Source: an uncultured Pseudomonadales bacterium
GTDB lineage: Bacteria > Patescibacteriota > Microgenomatia > UBA1400 > RBG-16-45-19
Assembly (NCBI GenBank): GCA_964441155.1
Contig: CAYYKL010000003.1
Coordinates: forward strand, 24,099-80,673
DNA length: 56,575 nt
Direction of reading: 5' to 3'
Positions 1 to 9,861 of this stretch are shown one piece after another; position 1 is the first letter of the stretch; every line of letters begins with the position of its first letter. Made by a program: the position numbers and the translations under genes. The notes under the pieces are model-generated. The model was not told the DNA's origin and searched no databases. It saw only the letters and a list, made by a program, of their open reading frames with translations.

Positions 1-654
1 AAGCAAAAAATAAAAGCTGGTCAGGTGCTCAAAATCTTGCCGGTTGATGGCGTCGTTCACAAGGTGAGAAAAGGTGAAACGGTCTATTCGATTGCTAAAA
101 AATACGAAGCCAACCCTCAAGGAATGGTCGACTATCCCTTTAATGAATTTACTGATGATGAATCGTTTGCGCTGGCTGTCGGGCAAGTGATTATGGTGCC
201 CGATGGGGTGATGCCCAAGCAACAAGAAGATGTGTCTGGTCGAACAACGTTGGCACAAAAACTCACGCCTGACGCTGGCCAAGTCAGTTCGTTTGGTTCG
301 TTTGTGTGGCCAGCTTCAGGCTATGTTTCGCAGGGCTATCGCTTCTATCACAAAGCAATTGATATCGCCAACAAAGGCGGTGGACCAATTCTGGCTGCAG
401 ATGGCGGCACCATTATCGGTGCTGGGTGGCTCGCTAACGAAGGATATGGTAACCGTGTTATGGTAGATCACGGCAATGGCTATGTGACTCTTTATGCACA
501 TATGTCCTCAGTTGCAGTAGTTGCTGGGCAACGAGTCAATCGAGGTGATGTGCTGGGGCAAATGGGCTCGACCGGTCGCTCGACCGGCACCCATCTTCAC
601 TTTGAAATCCGTACCGCTGGGGGACTCCTTAACCCGCTTAACTTCTTAAAGTAA
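1..654 (+). CDS. LysM-domain M23 family metallopeptidase (5' end cut by the window edge)
   Basis: Frame 1 is open from nt 1 (KQKIKAGQVLKILPVDG...), so the listed GTG at 25 is probably internal. LysM-like VHKVRKGETVYSIAKKY. M23 motifs HKAIDIA (HxxxD), GNRVMVDHGNGYVTLYAHM and GSTGRSTGTHLHFEIR (HxH). Confidence 0.85.
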   Translation, partial: KQKIKAGQVLKILPVDGVVHKVRKGETVYSIAKKYEANPQGMVDYPFNEFTDDESFALAVGQVIMVPDGVMPKQQEDVSGRTTLAQKLTPDAGQVSSFGSFVWPASGYVSQGYRFYHKAIDIANKGGGPILAADGGTIIGAGWLANEGYGNRVMVDHGNGYVTLYAHMSSVAVVAGQRVNRGDVLGQMGSTGRSTGTHLHFEIRTAGGLLNPLNFLK

Positions 655-703
655 GTGCTAAGATCTTAGGTTAAATGTGCAAGTGCCTCTATAATACTCA
701 TAC

Positions 704-1969
704 ATGAAACAAAACATTATCGACTCAGCTCAATTTATTGTCACTGCTGGCAAAGGCGGGGATGGCGCCATCTCTTTTCGACGCGAGAAATATATCCCCA
801 AAGGCGGTCCCGATGGTGGCAAGGGAGGCAAGGGCGGATCACTGATCATTAAATCGAATCAAAATATAAACACACTACGCTTTTTTGCCGGCAAAAACCA
901 CTTTGAAGCTGCCAGTGGCCAAAAGGGTGGCAAGCGGAATCAATTCGGTGAAGACGCTCCCGATTTAACGTTGGAAGTGCCGGTGGGCACGCAAATCTAT
1001 GTGAATACCGTTAACGCCCGGCTACTCACGGGCAATGAAATCTATGGCTCAAAAGATTGGGAAGAGCTCGAGGAGCGAGAAAAACCTGATAGGCGCACGC
1101 AGTATACGCATGAACTGACCACTGACATTGTGACTGCACTAGCCCAACGGTTTTCGCTTGCAACTCCATCATTTCTGCCAGAGCCCGCTGCTCGCCATAA
1201 AGATACTGAATCACTGCCGGTAACCTCACCTCAATGGCTGTTGGTAAAGGATTTTACCCAAGCTAATGATCAATTGGTTGTGGCGAAAGGTGGCAAGCAG
1301 GGTCATGGGAATGCCCACTACAAATCTTCTCGAATCACGACACCCAAGTTTGCCCAACGCGGCGAAGGGGGAGAGATGTTTGAAATTCGCTTGGAGCTGA
1401 AAGTGTTGGCCGACATTGGACTGGTAGGATTGCCCAATGTGGGCAAAAGCACGCTGTTGTCGGTCCTCACTCGAGCGCAACCAGAAATTGCCAATTATCC
1501 CTTCACCACATTGTCACCGAACCTAGGTGTTTTGGTATTAGATAACCAACGCACTGATGCCAAAGATTTGGTAATTGCTGATATCCCTGGGTTAATCGAA
1601 GGTGCATCTCAAGGCAAAGGCCTGGGGGACCAGTTTTTGAAGCATGTGGAGCGCTGCCGCATGCTTATCTATGTGCTTGGACCCATGGATGCTGACCTGC
1701 TCTTGCCCGCCACTGATCTTGCCAAGACGCTCCAAAAACAACTGACAGTCGTAGAGCAAGAAGTGGCAGCCTATTCGCCGCTCATGCAAGAAAAACCGAG
1801 ATTAATCGTCATCAATAAGACAGATGTGATGAGTGAAGAGCAGCTAAAAGCTATAACAAAAGCATTTGCCGACAATAATCCTTTGTTTATATCTGCGGTT
1901 AGTCGAAAAAATCTCGACACTCTCGTTGAACAGATCGCGAGCATTTCAAACCCCATCTCATCGCAATAA
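704..1969 (+). CDS. obg: GTPase Obg/CgtA with an enlarged Obg-fold loop
   Basis: Glycine-rich Obg N-domain (AGKGGDGAISFRREKYIPKGGPDGGKGGKGGS). G domain with GLVGLPNVGKSTLLS (G1), DIPGLIEGA (G3) and INKTD (G4). Confidence 0.9.
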   Translation: MKQNIIDSAQFIVTAGKGGDGAISFRREKYIPKGGPDGGKGGKGGSLIIKSNQNINTLRFFAGKNHFEAASGQKGGKRNQFGEDAPDLTLEVPVGTQIYVNTVNARLLTGNEIYGSKDWEELEEREKPDRRTQYTHELTTDIVTALAQRFSLATPSFLPEPAARHKDTESLPVTSPQWLLVKDFTQANDQLVVAKGGKQGHGNAHYKSSRITTPKFAQRGEGGEMFEIRLELKVLADIGLVGLPNVGKSTLLSVLTRAQPEIANYPFTTLSPNLGVLVLDNQRTDAKDLVIADIPGLIEGASQGKGLGDQFLKHVERCRMLIYVLGPMDADLLLPATDLAKTLQKQLTVVEQEVAAYSPLMQEKPRLIVINKTDVMSEEQLKAITKAFADNNPLFISAVSRKNLDTLVEQIASISNPISSQ

Positions 1970-2009
1970 ACTGATTATTTGTTACTTGATTTTGTGCTAC
2001 GCTGACACA

Positions 2010-3587
2010 ATGAGAAGCATTGATTGGTTGCATATTTTTTACAAGCGAGTACGATCTCATTTTTCCCTTGGTGAGCTGTTGCTTTTTGGATTAATTCTGG
2101 TCGCGATTGGTTTGAGTGCTGGATATGTGGCTCATGGCGACATTATGTATGACGCCGATATCGCCAGGGATTTTTTGATCTTGCAAGAAATCAGCGACAA
2201 AGGAATTGTCCTTATTGGTCCTCGCTCAGGTGCGGCTCCAGGCCTTTTTCATGGCCCATTATGGTCATACCTTAATTACCCCGCTTTCTATTTGGGACAG
2301 GGGAATCCAGTGGCTGTGGGATGGTTTTGGGTTGTGCTTACTGCAGGATTGGTTATTAGTTGTCTTTATATTGGCCGACGTTTGTTTGGGTCAATGCCAG
2401 GGCTCTTGTTTGCGGCGTGGGTAGCCATTCGCATGATCAGCTTTTCTCGAGGAAATTTCAATCCACATGGAGCATTAGTCATCGTGCCGCTATTCCTGTA
2501 TATGCTGGTGCGGTACCGAGCGACTAAGCGTTTGAAATATTTAATTGTCCATGTGTTGTTGGCTGGGGCACTGATTCAATTTCAAGTTGCGGTTGGCGGT
2601 CCATTTTTAGTGCTATCGGTACTGTATGTGGGAGGAAATGTCGTGCGGCGAGTGTTTCCGCTTAAGCATTTGGTAGCCTATCTACTGTTACTTATCACTC
2701 TCTCGACGTATATTATTTTTGATCTTCGCCATGACGGCCTGATGTCAAAAGCAGTATTGCACTATACCCAACGAAGTAGTGGTTATACGTTACTTGCTTT
2801 GAAACAAGCGTTTTGGGAACGGTTTCGACTTTTAAGCGACCAAGGAACATTTTTCTTGCCACAACTAGTGGCATCAGTTGGTCGACAAAAAGTTATCTTC
2901 GTAGGTGTGGCTTTGTTTGCGCTTTTTCTAAAATGCTTGAAAAAACCAGTTCGTTATCCACTGCTCTGGTTTTTCTATATTGGCTATTACGCACTAACAC
3001 TTCTGCATAGGGGAGGCATGGGCGTCTACTATTATTTTCCACTCTTTCCCTTGGCTTTTATGTTGCCCTTCACGATTTGGGAATATATTCCCAAGCGTTT
3101 AGGATATGCAATCGTCATTCCATTTCTGGCACTAAACCTTGCGTATGAAGTCAGGCTGTTGCAGCAAGACGTGCAACTTATTGGTAAACGGCAAATGTCG
3201 TGGCAATTTCACAACAAAATTGCCCAAGATATATTCGATTCAGCTCAAGATAGCGAGTTTGGCTTGTTCATTTATGCTCCAGATGTGCAGGGGTATCGAT
3301 CGAAGTATCCACTGGTCTATCAGGACCGATTGCACAAGGATCGGGTGATGCAACCCTATCAAAAATTACCCGAGACGTTTGTGCTTTTGGCCGGTCCACC
3401 TGAATATGCGCTGCCCTGGGAATCAAATCCGCAAAACTTTCTGGATAATAGCGCGCGCATATGGGTGCAACCACAGCAAAGGTGGCAGTACGCAGATCAC
3501 TATGTGGTACATCGATATGCTCTTTCCGCGCAGGATACGGCCGTGAGCTTTGATCTCGACTTAAATAATTGGCTTCACTTTCGCTAG
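2010..3587 (+). CDS. Polytopic membrane protein, GT-C fold glycosyltransferase-like (ArnT/PMT-type)
   Basis: About 12 hydrophobic segments followed by a soluble C-terminal region. ATG at 2010 chosen because the listed 1866 start overlaps obg by more than 100 nt. Family call rests on overall architecture only. Confidence 0.5.
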   Translation: MRSIDWLHIFYKRVRSHFSLGELLLFGLILVAIGLSAGYVAHGDIMYDADIARDFLILQEISDKGIVLIGPRSGAAPGLFHGPLWSYLNYPAFYLGQGNPVAVGWFWVVLTAGLVISCLYIGRRLFGSMPGLLFAAWVAIRMISFSRGNFNPHGALVIVPLFLYMLVRYRATKRLKYLIVHVLLAGALIQFQVAVGGPFLVLSVLYVGGNVVRRVFPLKHLVAYLLLLITLSTYIIFDLRHDGLMSKAVLHYTQRSSGYTLLALKQAFWERFRLLSDQGTFFLPQLVASVGRQKVIFVGVALFALFLKCLKKPVRYPLLWFFYIGYYALTLLHRGGMGVYYYFPLFPLAFMLPFTIWEYIPKRLGYAIVIPFLALNLAYEVRLLQQDVQLIGKRQMSWQFHNKIAQDIFDSAQDSEFGLFIYAPDVQGYRSKYPLVYQDRLHKDRVMQPYQKLPETFVLLAGPPEYALPWESNPQNFLDNSARIWVQPQQRWQYADHYVVHRYALSAQDTAVSFDLDLNNWLHFR

Positions 3588-3657
3588 CGGATCGTAAAGA
3601 CTGTGAAGCAGTTTCTCTTGCAACTCAACTAGTGCTTCGCGTACATTTATCTCTGGT

Positions 3658-6108
3658 ATGACACTCCTTCAACGCGTTTTCCTGACATCACTTGGTCTTT
3701 TTTTGGTATTAACTCAGCCTTCGCTCGCCCAACAAGTAACGGGATCGCTCAAGAAATGGCAGCCAGTGACGATTGATTTCACTGGTCCCCAAACAGCAGA
3801 AACCGCCACCAACCCGAATCCCTTTCTTGATTATCGCTTCAATCTCCAGTTGACTGCACCCAGTGGCACGCAGCACATGGTGCCTGGCTATTATGCCGGC
3901 GATGGACGAGGTGGAACGAGTGGTGCACTTTGGCGGGTTAAATTTGTTCCCGATGAAGTGGGCACTTGGAATTTTGTGGCTTCATTTCGGCAGGGAGCCA
4001 ATCTCGCCATAAGTAGCGATGCGGGTGCTGGCTCACCTGCAGGATTTAATGCCACCACGGGGACGATGACCATAACTACCGCTGATCCGCAAGCTCCTGG
4101 CAACTGGCGCAAAGGCCTGTTGCAATACGTAGGTAAACATCATTACCAATTCCAAAATGGTGAGTATTTTTTGAAAAACGGTATTAATAGTCCGGAAAAT
4201 TTCTTTGCCTTTAAAGGTTTCGATAATACCAATGATGCCAACGGCTCATTTGTGCATGAATATGCGGCACATAAGCAACACTGGCGCACTGGTAATCCGA
4301 CCTTTGGGGCTAATCCCGAATTGTCAAAAAATATTATCGGTGCCATAAACTATCTGTCGGACCAGGGAATTAATGCGATTTATACCATGCTTATGAATAT
4401 TGGTGGCGATGGGGGAGATACGTATCCCTACATAAGTACGGCGAACACTGTGGACGCGAAATCTCATTTTGATGTGAGTAAATTAGATCAATGGCAAGTG
4501 GTGATGGAATACGCCCAAAGCAAGGGCATGCTACTGCACTTGGTTTTATCTGAAGCTGAAGCCAGCAACGCCAATTGGCTCGATCTAGGTGGATTTGGGG
4601 TTGAGCGCAAGCTATTGTTTCGAGAATTACTGGCGCGTTATGGTTATTTGCCGGCAGTGCAATGGAATCTAAGAGAAGAAAACACCTGGGCCTCAACACT
4701 CGTGCAAGAAATGGCAGTCTATTTACAAAGCTTATCTTCGCGCGGTGATCTCATTGGGATTCATAATCCAGTTGGAGCCGGATTAAACTCATTTGATTTC
4801 CAGTTTCATTGGATGTATGGCAACCCGTTGTTTTCGTTTGCTTCGGTGCAGTTTTATGAAGCTGATATGAAAGAATCGCTCAAGCGGGCGGTCGAGCGCT
4901 CAAGCTCTGCTGGTAGGCCATGGATGGTTGGAATGGACGAACCTGATCAGCCCAGTAGTGAAGATAATGCAGAAGCGCGGCGTAAAGACTTGATGTACTA
5001 CGTTTACATGAATAAAGGCCAGTTGGAATGGTATCAGGGACTAGATCAAGACACTCGCGCTGAAGACTTTACCGATGAAGAGCCTCTGTGGCGTTTTAGC
5101 CGATTGGCAAATCAAGCATTCGTTAGTTCTGGACTACCTTATTGGCAAATGATCGATGCTGACAGCTTGATTGAAAACGGCAGTGGCGAGGTGCTGGCTG
5201 ATCCAGGAAGAGATTATTTGCTCTGGTATCGAAACTTGCGCACGCTAGGTCGACTCAATTTATCCGGAGTGGCCGGGACCTTCAAGATCCGGTGGTACAA
5301 TCCGCGAACCGGAGTCTGGAGCGCTTACCAAGAAACATTTCCCGGAGGTGTAGCTACCAATGTGCCCAATCCGCCTGATAATCAAAACCGGGATGAGGAT
5401 TGGTTGGCGCACGTGCATCGCACTGACATACCGCAACCCAGCCCTAGCCCAACGTTGGCTCCCTCGGGTTCACTTGTAAATCCTTCCTTTGAGTCAGGAA
5501 CCAGTGGTTGGGAGCGCAGTGGGGATATTCTTGGTGCTGACTTCTTCGCCGTTGATTGTAATCGATGGGGTGGATGCAGACATGGCGCTAACTATCTCAA
5601 AGTTACCGTTGCAGATGATGGAAGCGCACCATATGACCCCTATGTTGCTAGCGCCTTCTTTGAAGCAGGTGCCAACCTCTCTGGTCGAAAATATGAGCTG
5701 ACTTTTGACATCAAAAGCCATGCGGGCGAGCATTTGGTGAAGGGCATCTCGATCCAGCGATTTCCTCGATGGGAGAGTGCGTCCCCCTGGGCTGGAGCTA
5801 CCGTATATGTGCCTGATGTGACTGCAACGACAGAGTGGCAGCGAAAAACCTACACGCTGGTTTTTCCGCGTTCGGCCATCGGAAATCAATCTTCACAAGT
5901 TCGAGTAGTTTTACGCGGCATCGATGACCGGACAAGCACGCCGGTCTACTATGATAACGTGGTGCTTATTGATAAGGGAGAAACGCTAATAGGGGATCTA
6001 ACGGGGGATGGAGTAGTCAACTTTGAAGATTACACCAAAGCCCTGCGTGCCTACAGTATGTATGGATTATTTGAATTGAATCGGGTTATCCAGAAATTAG
6101 TTCAATAG
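3658..6108 (+). CDS. Secreted multidomain glycoside-hydrolase-like protein (N-terminal Ig-like domain, TIM-barrel-like core, CBM-like jelly-roll, C-terminal dockerin-like segment)
   Basis: Signal peptide MTLLQRVFLTSLGLFLVLTQPSLAQQ. The N-terminus (LKKWQPVTIDF...WRVKFVPDEVGTWNF) resembles the DUF5060 plus DUF4038 arrangement as I recall it. The C-terminal NPSFESGTSGWE... domain is homologous to the one in 53923..56575. Ends with GDLTGDGVVNFEDY. Confidence 0.7.
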   Translation: MTLLQRVFLTSLGLFLVLTQPSLAQQVTGSLKKWQPVTIDFTGPQTAETATNPNPFLDYRFNLQLTAPSGTQHMVPGYYAGDGRGGTSGALWRVKFVPDEVGTWNFVASFRQGANLAISSDAGAGSPAGFNATTGTMTITTADPQAPGNWRKGLLQYVGKHHYQFQNGEYFLKNGINSPENFFAFKGFDNTNDANGSFVHEYAAHKQHWRTGNPTFGANPELSKNIIGAINYLSDQGINAIYTMLMNIGGDGGDTYPYISTANTVDAKSHFDVSKLDQWQVVMEYAQSKGMLLHLVLSEAEASNANWLDLGGFGVERKLLFRELLARYGYLPAVQWNLREENTWASTLVQEMAVYLQSLSSRGDLIGIHNPVGAGLNSFDFQFHWMYGNPLFSFASVQFYEADMKESLKRAVERSSSAGRPWMVGMDEPDQPSSEDNAEARRKDLMYYVYMNKGQLEWYQGLDQDTRAEDFTDEEPLWRFSRLANQAFVSSGLPYWQMIDADSLIENGSGEVLADPGRDYLLWYRNLRTLGRLNLSGVAGTFKIRWYNPRTGVWSAYQETFPGGVATNVPNPPDNQNRDEDWLAHVHRTDIPQPSPSPTLAPSGSLVNPSFESGTSGWERSGDILGADFFAVDCNRWGGCRHGANYLKVTVADDGSAPYDPYVASAFFEAGANLSGRKYELTFDIKSHAGEHLVKGISIQRFPRWESASPWAGATVYVPDVTATTEWQRKTYTLVFPRSAIGNQSSQVRVVLRGIDDRTSTPVYYDNVVLIDKGETLIGDLTGDGVVNFEDYTKALRAYSMYGLFELNRVIQKLVQ

Positions 6109-6181
6109 TCGGATTGTGATTTTCCAGCATACTTCTTGCTGTTTCACAAGTCTAATGACCAAAGACTAGTGGCATTCATTG

Positions 6182-6254
6182 TGGACCGCAGGGGATTCGA
6201 ACCCCTCGCCTCTTCTATGCCATAGAAGCGCTCTACCAAATGAGCTAGCGGCCC
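6182..6254 (-). tRNA. tRNA-Ala (anticodon GGC)
   Basis: Reverse complement folds by hand as a 73-nt cloverleaf: acceptor GGGCCGC/GCGGTCC with a G3:U70 pair, anticodon loop AUGGCAU, T arm AGGGG-TTCGAAT-CCCCT. CCA is not encoded. Confidence 0.9.
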
Positions 6255-6659
6255 GTATTTTTTTCAGAACTTCGGCATTATATCCTATTTTTCTCCAAGC
6301 GTGAACCAGATTCAAGTAAATTTTTCCTCAGGGAATGATTAAGATTCGGTTAATGTTCGGTTCAGATTTCGTAAGAAGTGATAGCAACACTATGTGTTCA
6401 ACTCATTTCGGGTGCATCGGTTCGAACCGGTGAATTTCAGTTCATTTTTGCTGACATATACATATTAATAAAGATACAATATATCAACCAAATATATCTA
6501 ATAAGAATACATTAAGGTAAATATATTTTTTTCTCAATACATCATATTTTCAACCGAGTCACATACTTTTCTGTGCTCAACACAATCGAGACTTTCCAGG
6601 AAGGGCATAATGAATGTGTTGTTTGCGGTATAATCGGGAAGATACAAGATACATTTTTT

Positions 6660-6730
6660 GGGCCGTTAGTATAGTGGTAGTACAGTGCATTCGCATTGCA
6701 CGGACGGGGGTTCGATTCCCCCACGGTCCA
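6660..6730 (+). tRNA. tRNA-Ala (anticodon CGC)
   Basis: 71-nt cloverleaf: acceptor GGGCCGT/ACGGTCC with G3:U70, anticodon stem GTGCA/TGCAC, loop TTCGCAT, T arm GGGGG-TTCGATT-CCCCC, 4-nt variable loop. Confidence 0.9.
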
Positions 6731-6806
6731 CCGAGCATTAACTTAAGTGATAGGCAATCTAAGCTTGCCCACCAATATAAGCGTTTGGACACGCTAAAAG
6801 GAAAAT

Positions 6807-6983
6807 ATGAATCAAGATAAAACAATAACCTGTGTCAATTGCGGTCAGCAATTCGCCTGGACGGCGGGTGAGCAGGAGTTCTATGCTAGCAAAGGATTAC
6901 CTGAACCACAGTATTGTCTGATTTGTCGCGGCATCATGAAAGCTCGGGAAAAGGATCCAGGCTCAAGAGCCAAAAAAAGCTAG
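6807..6983 (+). CDS. Small zinc-ribbon protein (58 aa, two CxxC pairs)
   Basis: Not in the ORF track because it is under 60 aa. MNQDKTITCVNCGQQFAWTAGEQEFYASKGLPEPQYCLICRGIMKAREKDPGSRAKKS. AAGGA lies 6-10 nt upstream of the ATG. The CxxC...EQEFY..KG...P..C..C pattern matches the small zinc-ribbon family as I recall it. Confidence 0.6.
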   Translation: MNQDKTITCVNCGQQFAWTAGEQEFYASKGLPEPQYCLICRGIMKAREKDPGSRAKKS

Positions 6984-6993
6984 AAGTAAAATT

Positions 6994-7242
6994 CTAGGCT
7001 TTTTGTGATCTAACAAAGGTTTTCAAAACAGCATTCATATGGCTTTGATAACCTTTGCCTTGTTTTTTAAACCAATCGACAATTTCCTTATCAAGACGAA
7101 GCGACACGGGAATTTTTTTATCTGGCATGACCAGCACGGCGTTTTTGAACCATTCTTCATCAAGTTCAGGAATGTCAGAGTAGTCTATATCTTCATCCTT
7201 GATCGCCTTAAGTTCTTTAAGCCGCTGATTCGATAAAGGCAT
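6994..7242 (-). CDS. brnA: BrnA-type antitoxin
   Basis: 82 aa; DIDYSDIPELDEEWFKNA...VSLRLDKEIVDWFKKQGKGYQSHMNAVL is typical of BrnA. Overlaps the upstream toxin gene by 26 nt. Confidence 0.8.
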   Translation of the reverse strand: MPLSNQRLKELKAIKDEDIDYSDIPELDEEWFKNAVLVMPDKKIPVSLRLDKEIVDWFKKQGKGYQSHMNAVLKTFVRSQKA

Positions 7243-7501
7243 AATAGCGTCTCCTTTCTTTTCTATTAGCGGTTCGAGCAGATATGATTCTGATTCGGTT
7301 ACCTCTTTTGGTATGAACTACTGCGACGACGATGACGTCTCCAATTTTGCCGATGCTCATTACTCGTTTTTCACCGTAAACTTTACGCCGATCAATGCTG
7401 TCCAATCTGGGATGGTCAAAAATCTCAATCACTTCTTCAAAAGGAAGCATGTGTTTGATTTGATTAAGTTTATTTTTATTTTCGTCCCACTCAAACTTCA
7501 T
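7217..7501 (-). CDS. brnT: BrnT-type toxin (DUF497)
   Basis: MKFEWDENKNKLNQIKH..FEEV..IF....DRRKVYGEKR...G......VVHTKRGNRIRIISAR matches the BrnT signature. Confidence 0.8.
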   Translation of the reverse strand: MKFEWDENKNKLNQIKHMLPFEEVIEIFDHPRLDSIDRRKVYGEKRVMSIGKIGDVIVVAVVHTKRGNRIRIISARTANRKERRRYYAFIESAA

Positions 7502-7537
7502 AGGCAGTATACAAAATGTATATACAAATTGTCAATA

Positions 7538-8398
7538 CTACTTAACTAAACTTTGCAATAGTGCCACATCCTCTTTTCGTGGGCCGGATTTGACTTGCCC
7601 AGGGACTTCCAAGATCATGGGCACATGTTGTAACTTGGGATGATTGACGATTCGCCTGAACGTTTCCAGCCCAATATTGCCTTCTCCCAGATTTGCATGG
7701 CGGTCGCGTTTTGATGCAAACTCAGGTAGTGAGTCGTTCAAATGCATTACTTGTAATCGCTCAAGTCCCATCAAGCGATCAATGGTTTCAAGCCAAATCT
7801 CCAATCCATCACTCTCATGAATTGGCACACCCGAGGCAAAAGCGTGTTGGGTGTCAAGACCGATACCTAAGTAACCAGTAGTCACACCACGTTTTTCCAC
7901 AGCATCAAAAATGGCAGCCAACTGTTCGATGGATTCTCCAATGGCTCCGCCTTGACCAGCCGTGTTTTCAAGCATGAGCCAGACATCGGGAGGGGATTCT
8001 GACAATATTTTCTTCAGGCTCTCGACCACTGTGGGCAGTACTGCCTCTATTCCTGCGCCTTTGTGACTTCCGGTATGAAAAACGGTGCCTAAAGCCCCGA
8101 TTTGGTGCGCTAGGTTTTGATAGGCAATCAATGAATCGACTGCTAATGTTCGATATGTGGGATTTTCATGCGCCAGGTTGATCAAATAAATGCCATGAAA
8201 CACATGACAATTGATTTCGCTTATCGATTTTTTGTGGTTGTAGATAGCAATAATATCGGGATCAATGGGTTTGAAAGCAAGGGTTCGAGGAGATGAAGCA
8301 AAGGTTTGGATTGCAGTTGCTCCCAAGCTCATGCCGTGATCAATGGCTTTGTCGATGCCACCAGCAATTGAAACGTGCGCTCCCAGGAGTCGTTGCAT
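7538..8398 (-). CDS. nfo: Endonuclease IV (AP endonuclease 2 family)
   Basis: LGAHVSIAGGIDKAI, FHTGSH, LENTAGQG, GIGLDTQHAFASG, MHLNDS and ...DRHANLGEGNIG are conserved Nfo blocks. Confidence 0.9.
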   Translation of the reverse strand: MQRLLGAHVSIAGGIDKAIDHGMSLGATAIQTFASSPRTLAFKPIDPDIIAIYNHKKSISEINCHVFHGIYLINLAHENPTYRTLAVDSLIAYQNLAHQIGALGTVFHTGSHKGAGIEAVLPTVVESLKKILSESPPDVWLMLENTAGQGGAIGESIEQLAAIFDAVEKRGVTTGYLGIGLDTQHAFASGVPIHESDGLEIWLETIDRLMGLERLQVMHLNDSLPEFASKRDRHANLGEGNIGLETFRRIVNHPKLQHVPMILEVPGQVKSGPRKEDVALLQSLVK

Positions 8399-8430
8399 AT
8401 GACATACAGACTACAACAAGACTCAATCAT

Positions 8431-9861
8431 TTACAACAGAATAAACATCATGCCTGCAAGCAGTAATAACAGTCCTGATAAAGTAATAAGTAAAGTTGGA
8501 GATAAATTGCCCGCTTGAGGCAACGTTATTGGAGTGGGAGAAACAACTGGAGCTTGAGCAATTGATTGATTTTGTGAAGTATTTTGAGTGCTAATGACCA
8601 GCGCATCAATGTCATGAATGCTGACTCCAGAACTCAAAGTGATATTGTCGCTGAAACCTGAATCAAGGTGAGCATTGCTATCAAGTGTTGGGTCTGAACC
8701 TTGTGCAATTGGTGAAAAGATATAGCCTGATGGGAGTAAGAATCGGACGCGATAAGAGCCCGCATTAAGATCACAAAAAGCATAATGACCATTGGCATCA
8801 GTAGTCGTGGAATATGCCGGCTCGGCAGCATCACCCAAATAAAGTTGCACTCCAGCTTGTGGTAAGCCCACATCTCCCGATTGAATTATTCCATCACCAT
8901 TTTGATCCATGCCAACAAAATCACCAATACACGCTTTTCCGGCAAGTTGAATCGGTGTAGCAGATGGAACAAGCGTGGGTAAGGGTGAAGCTTGCAGAGT
9001 TGCTGTTGGATTTGGTGGAATTTGAGTGGGCGTTACACTGGCGAGAGCAGTTGGTGATGCACTCGGCTGCGGTGAGCTAGTTGCTGTCGGTATCGCGGCA
9101 TTCGTTACAGTCGCAGTTGGTGTCATGGAAATTATTCTCGTTGGTGTCGGAGGAATAGCTGTGGGAGTGCTGCTTGGCAATGGCGTTTGGGTTTGGGTGG
9201 CACTCGGGCTCAATGTTTGGGTTGGGCTAGCCGGGGGGTCGGTAGGGGTTAGAGCTGAGAGGGGACTAAAAACTGAACAGATGGGATAAACACTTTGTGG
9301 TTTTTCGTCTGGGACATGAGCATGGTGTGCGACAACACGAGTAACAACTTCGTTTATTTGGAGCGAATCATTGACCTGTTGAGATTTATACTGTTGTTTA
9401 TCTGGTAGATCGCCTATGGTGCCTGATTGTGCTACAAGATTATTGCTGTTTGCATAGAGCTTAACAAACCATTCCTCTTTAGTTTGGTAGTGGATGCTAT
9501 CCGGAGATGGAATTGTGTTATCGTGGTTGTCATAGGACTGCAGAGTAATTCGATATGACCCTGGTGGAATGGTTGAACCATGAGGTCCTTGGATGCTTTC
9601 GGCATTAATGCTATTGGTTTTTCCTTCGCGGGCGTTTAAGTAGAGATCAGGATTTCTGGGAAAACGCACAATAATATCAGTGGCAGTGGTTGGGAGACTG
9701 CATGAAGGCACTTGAATATCTCCACCTGCTGCATCTTGCCGGAGATCTTGGCTCTGTTGAATGAGCACCAGACTAACCACCATGCCAGCAATGATAACGA
9801 GAGTAATGCCAATTACTATGATCAGACGGATATTCGAGTGAAGTTGGCGAGCGAATTTCAT
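8431..9861 (-). CDS. Cell-surface protein: N-terminal anchor, uncharacterised about 150-aa domain, P/T-rich linker, SdrD/Cna-B-like fold, C-terminal LPxxG-type sorting-like signal
   Basis: N-terminal TM segment. The N-domain is shared with 9963..11960. Linker is PTDPPASPTQTLSPSATQTQTP.... The stretch GDFVGMDQNGDGIIQSGD...TTTDANGHYAFCDLNAGSYRVRF looks B-repeat-like. The C-terminus is LPQAG followed by a hydrophobic tail. Confidence 0.65.
   Translation of the reverse strand: MKFARQLHSNIRLIIVIGITLVIIAGMVVSLVLIQQSQDLRQDAAGGDIQVPSCSLPTTATDIIVRFPRNPDLYLNAREGKTNSINAESIQGPHGSTIPPGSYRITLQSYDNHDNTIPSPDSIHYQTKEEWFVKLYANSNNLVAQSGTIGDLPDKQQYKSQQVNDSLQINEVVTRVVAHHAHVPDEKPQSVYPICSVFSPLSALTPTDPPASPTQTLSPSATQTQTPLPSSTPTAIPPTPTRIISMTPTATVTNAAIPTATSSPQPSASPTALASVTPTQIPPNPTATLQASPLPTLVPSATPIQLAGKACIGDFVGMDQNGDGIIQSGDVGLPQAGVQLYLGDAAEPAYSTTTDANGHYAFCDLNAGSYRVRFLLPSGYIFSPIAQGSDPTLDSNAHLDSGFSDNITLSSGVSIHDIDALVISTQNTSQNQSIAQAPVVSPTPITLPQAGNLSPTLLITLSGLLLLLAGMMFILL

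Noticed and set aside
1866-2009. N-terminal extension of the GT-C-like ORF starting at 1866
   Set aside because: It overlaps the 3' end of obg by 104 nt and translates to a non-conserved peptide. The ATG at 2010 precedes the first TM helix.
6542-6825. ORFs 6542..6724, 6577..6825 and 6614..6820 from the six-frame track
   Set aside because: They overlap the tRNA-Ala(CGC) gene and its AT-rich flanks on both strands, with no protein-like features. They are by-products of the tRNA sequence.
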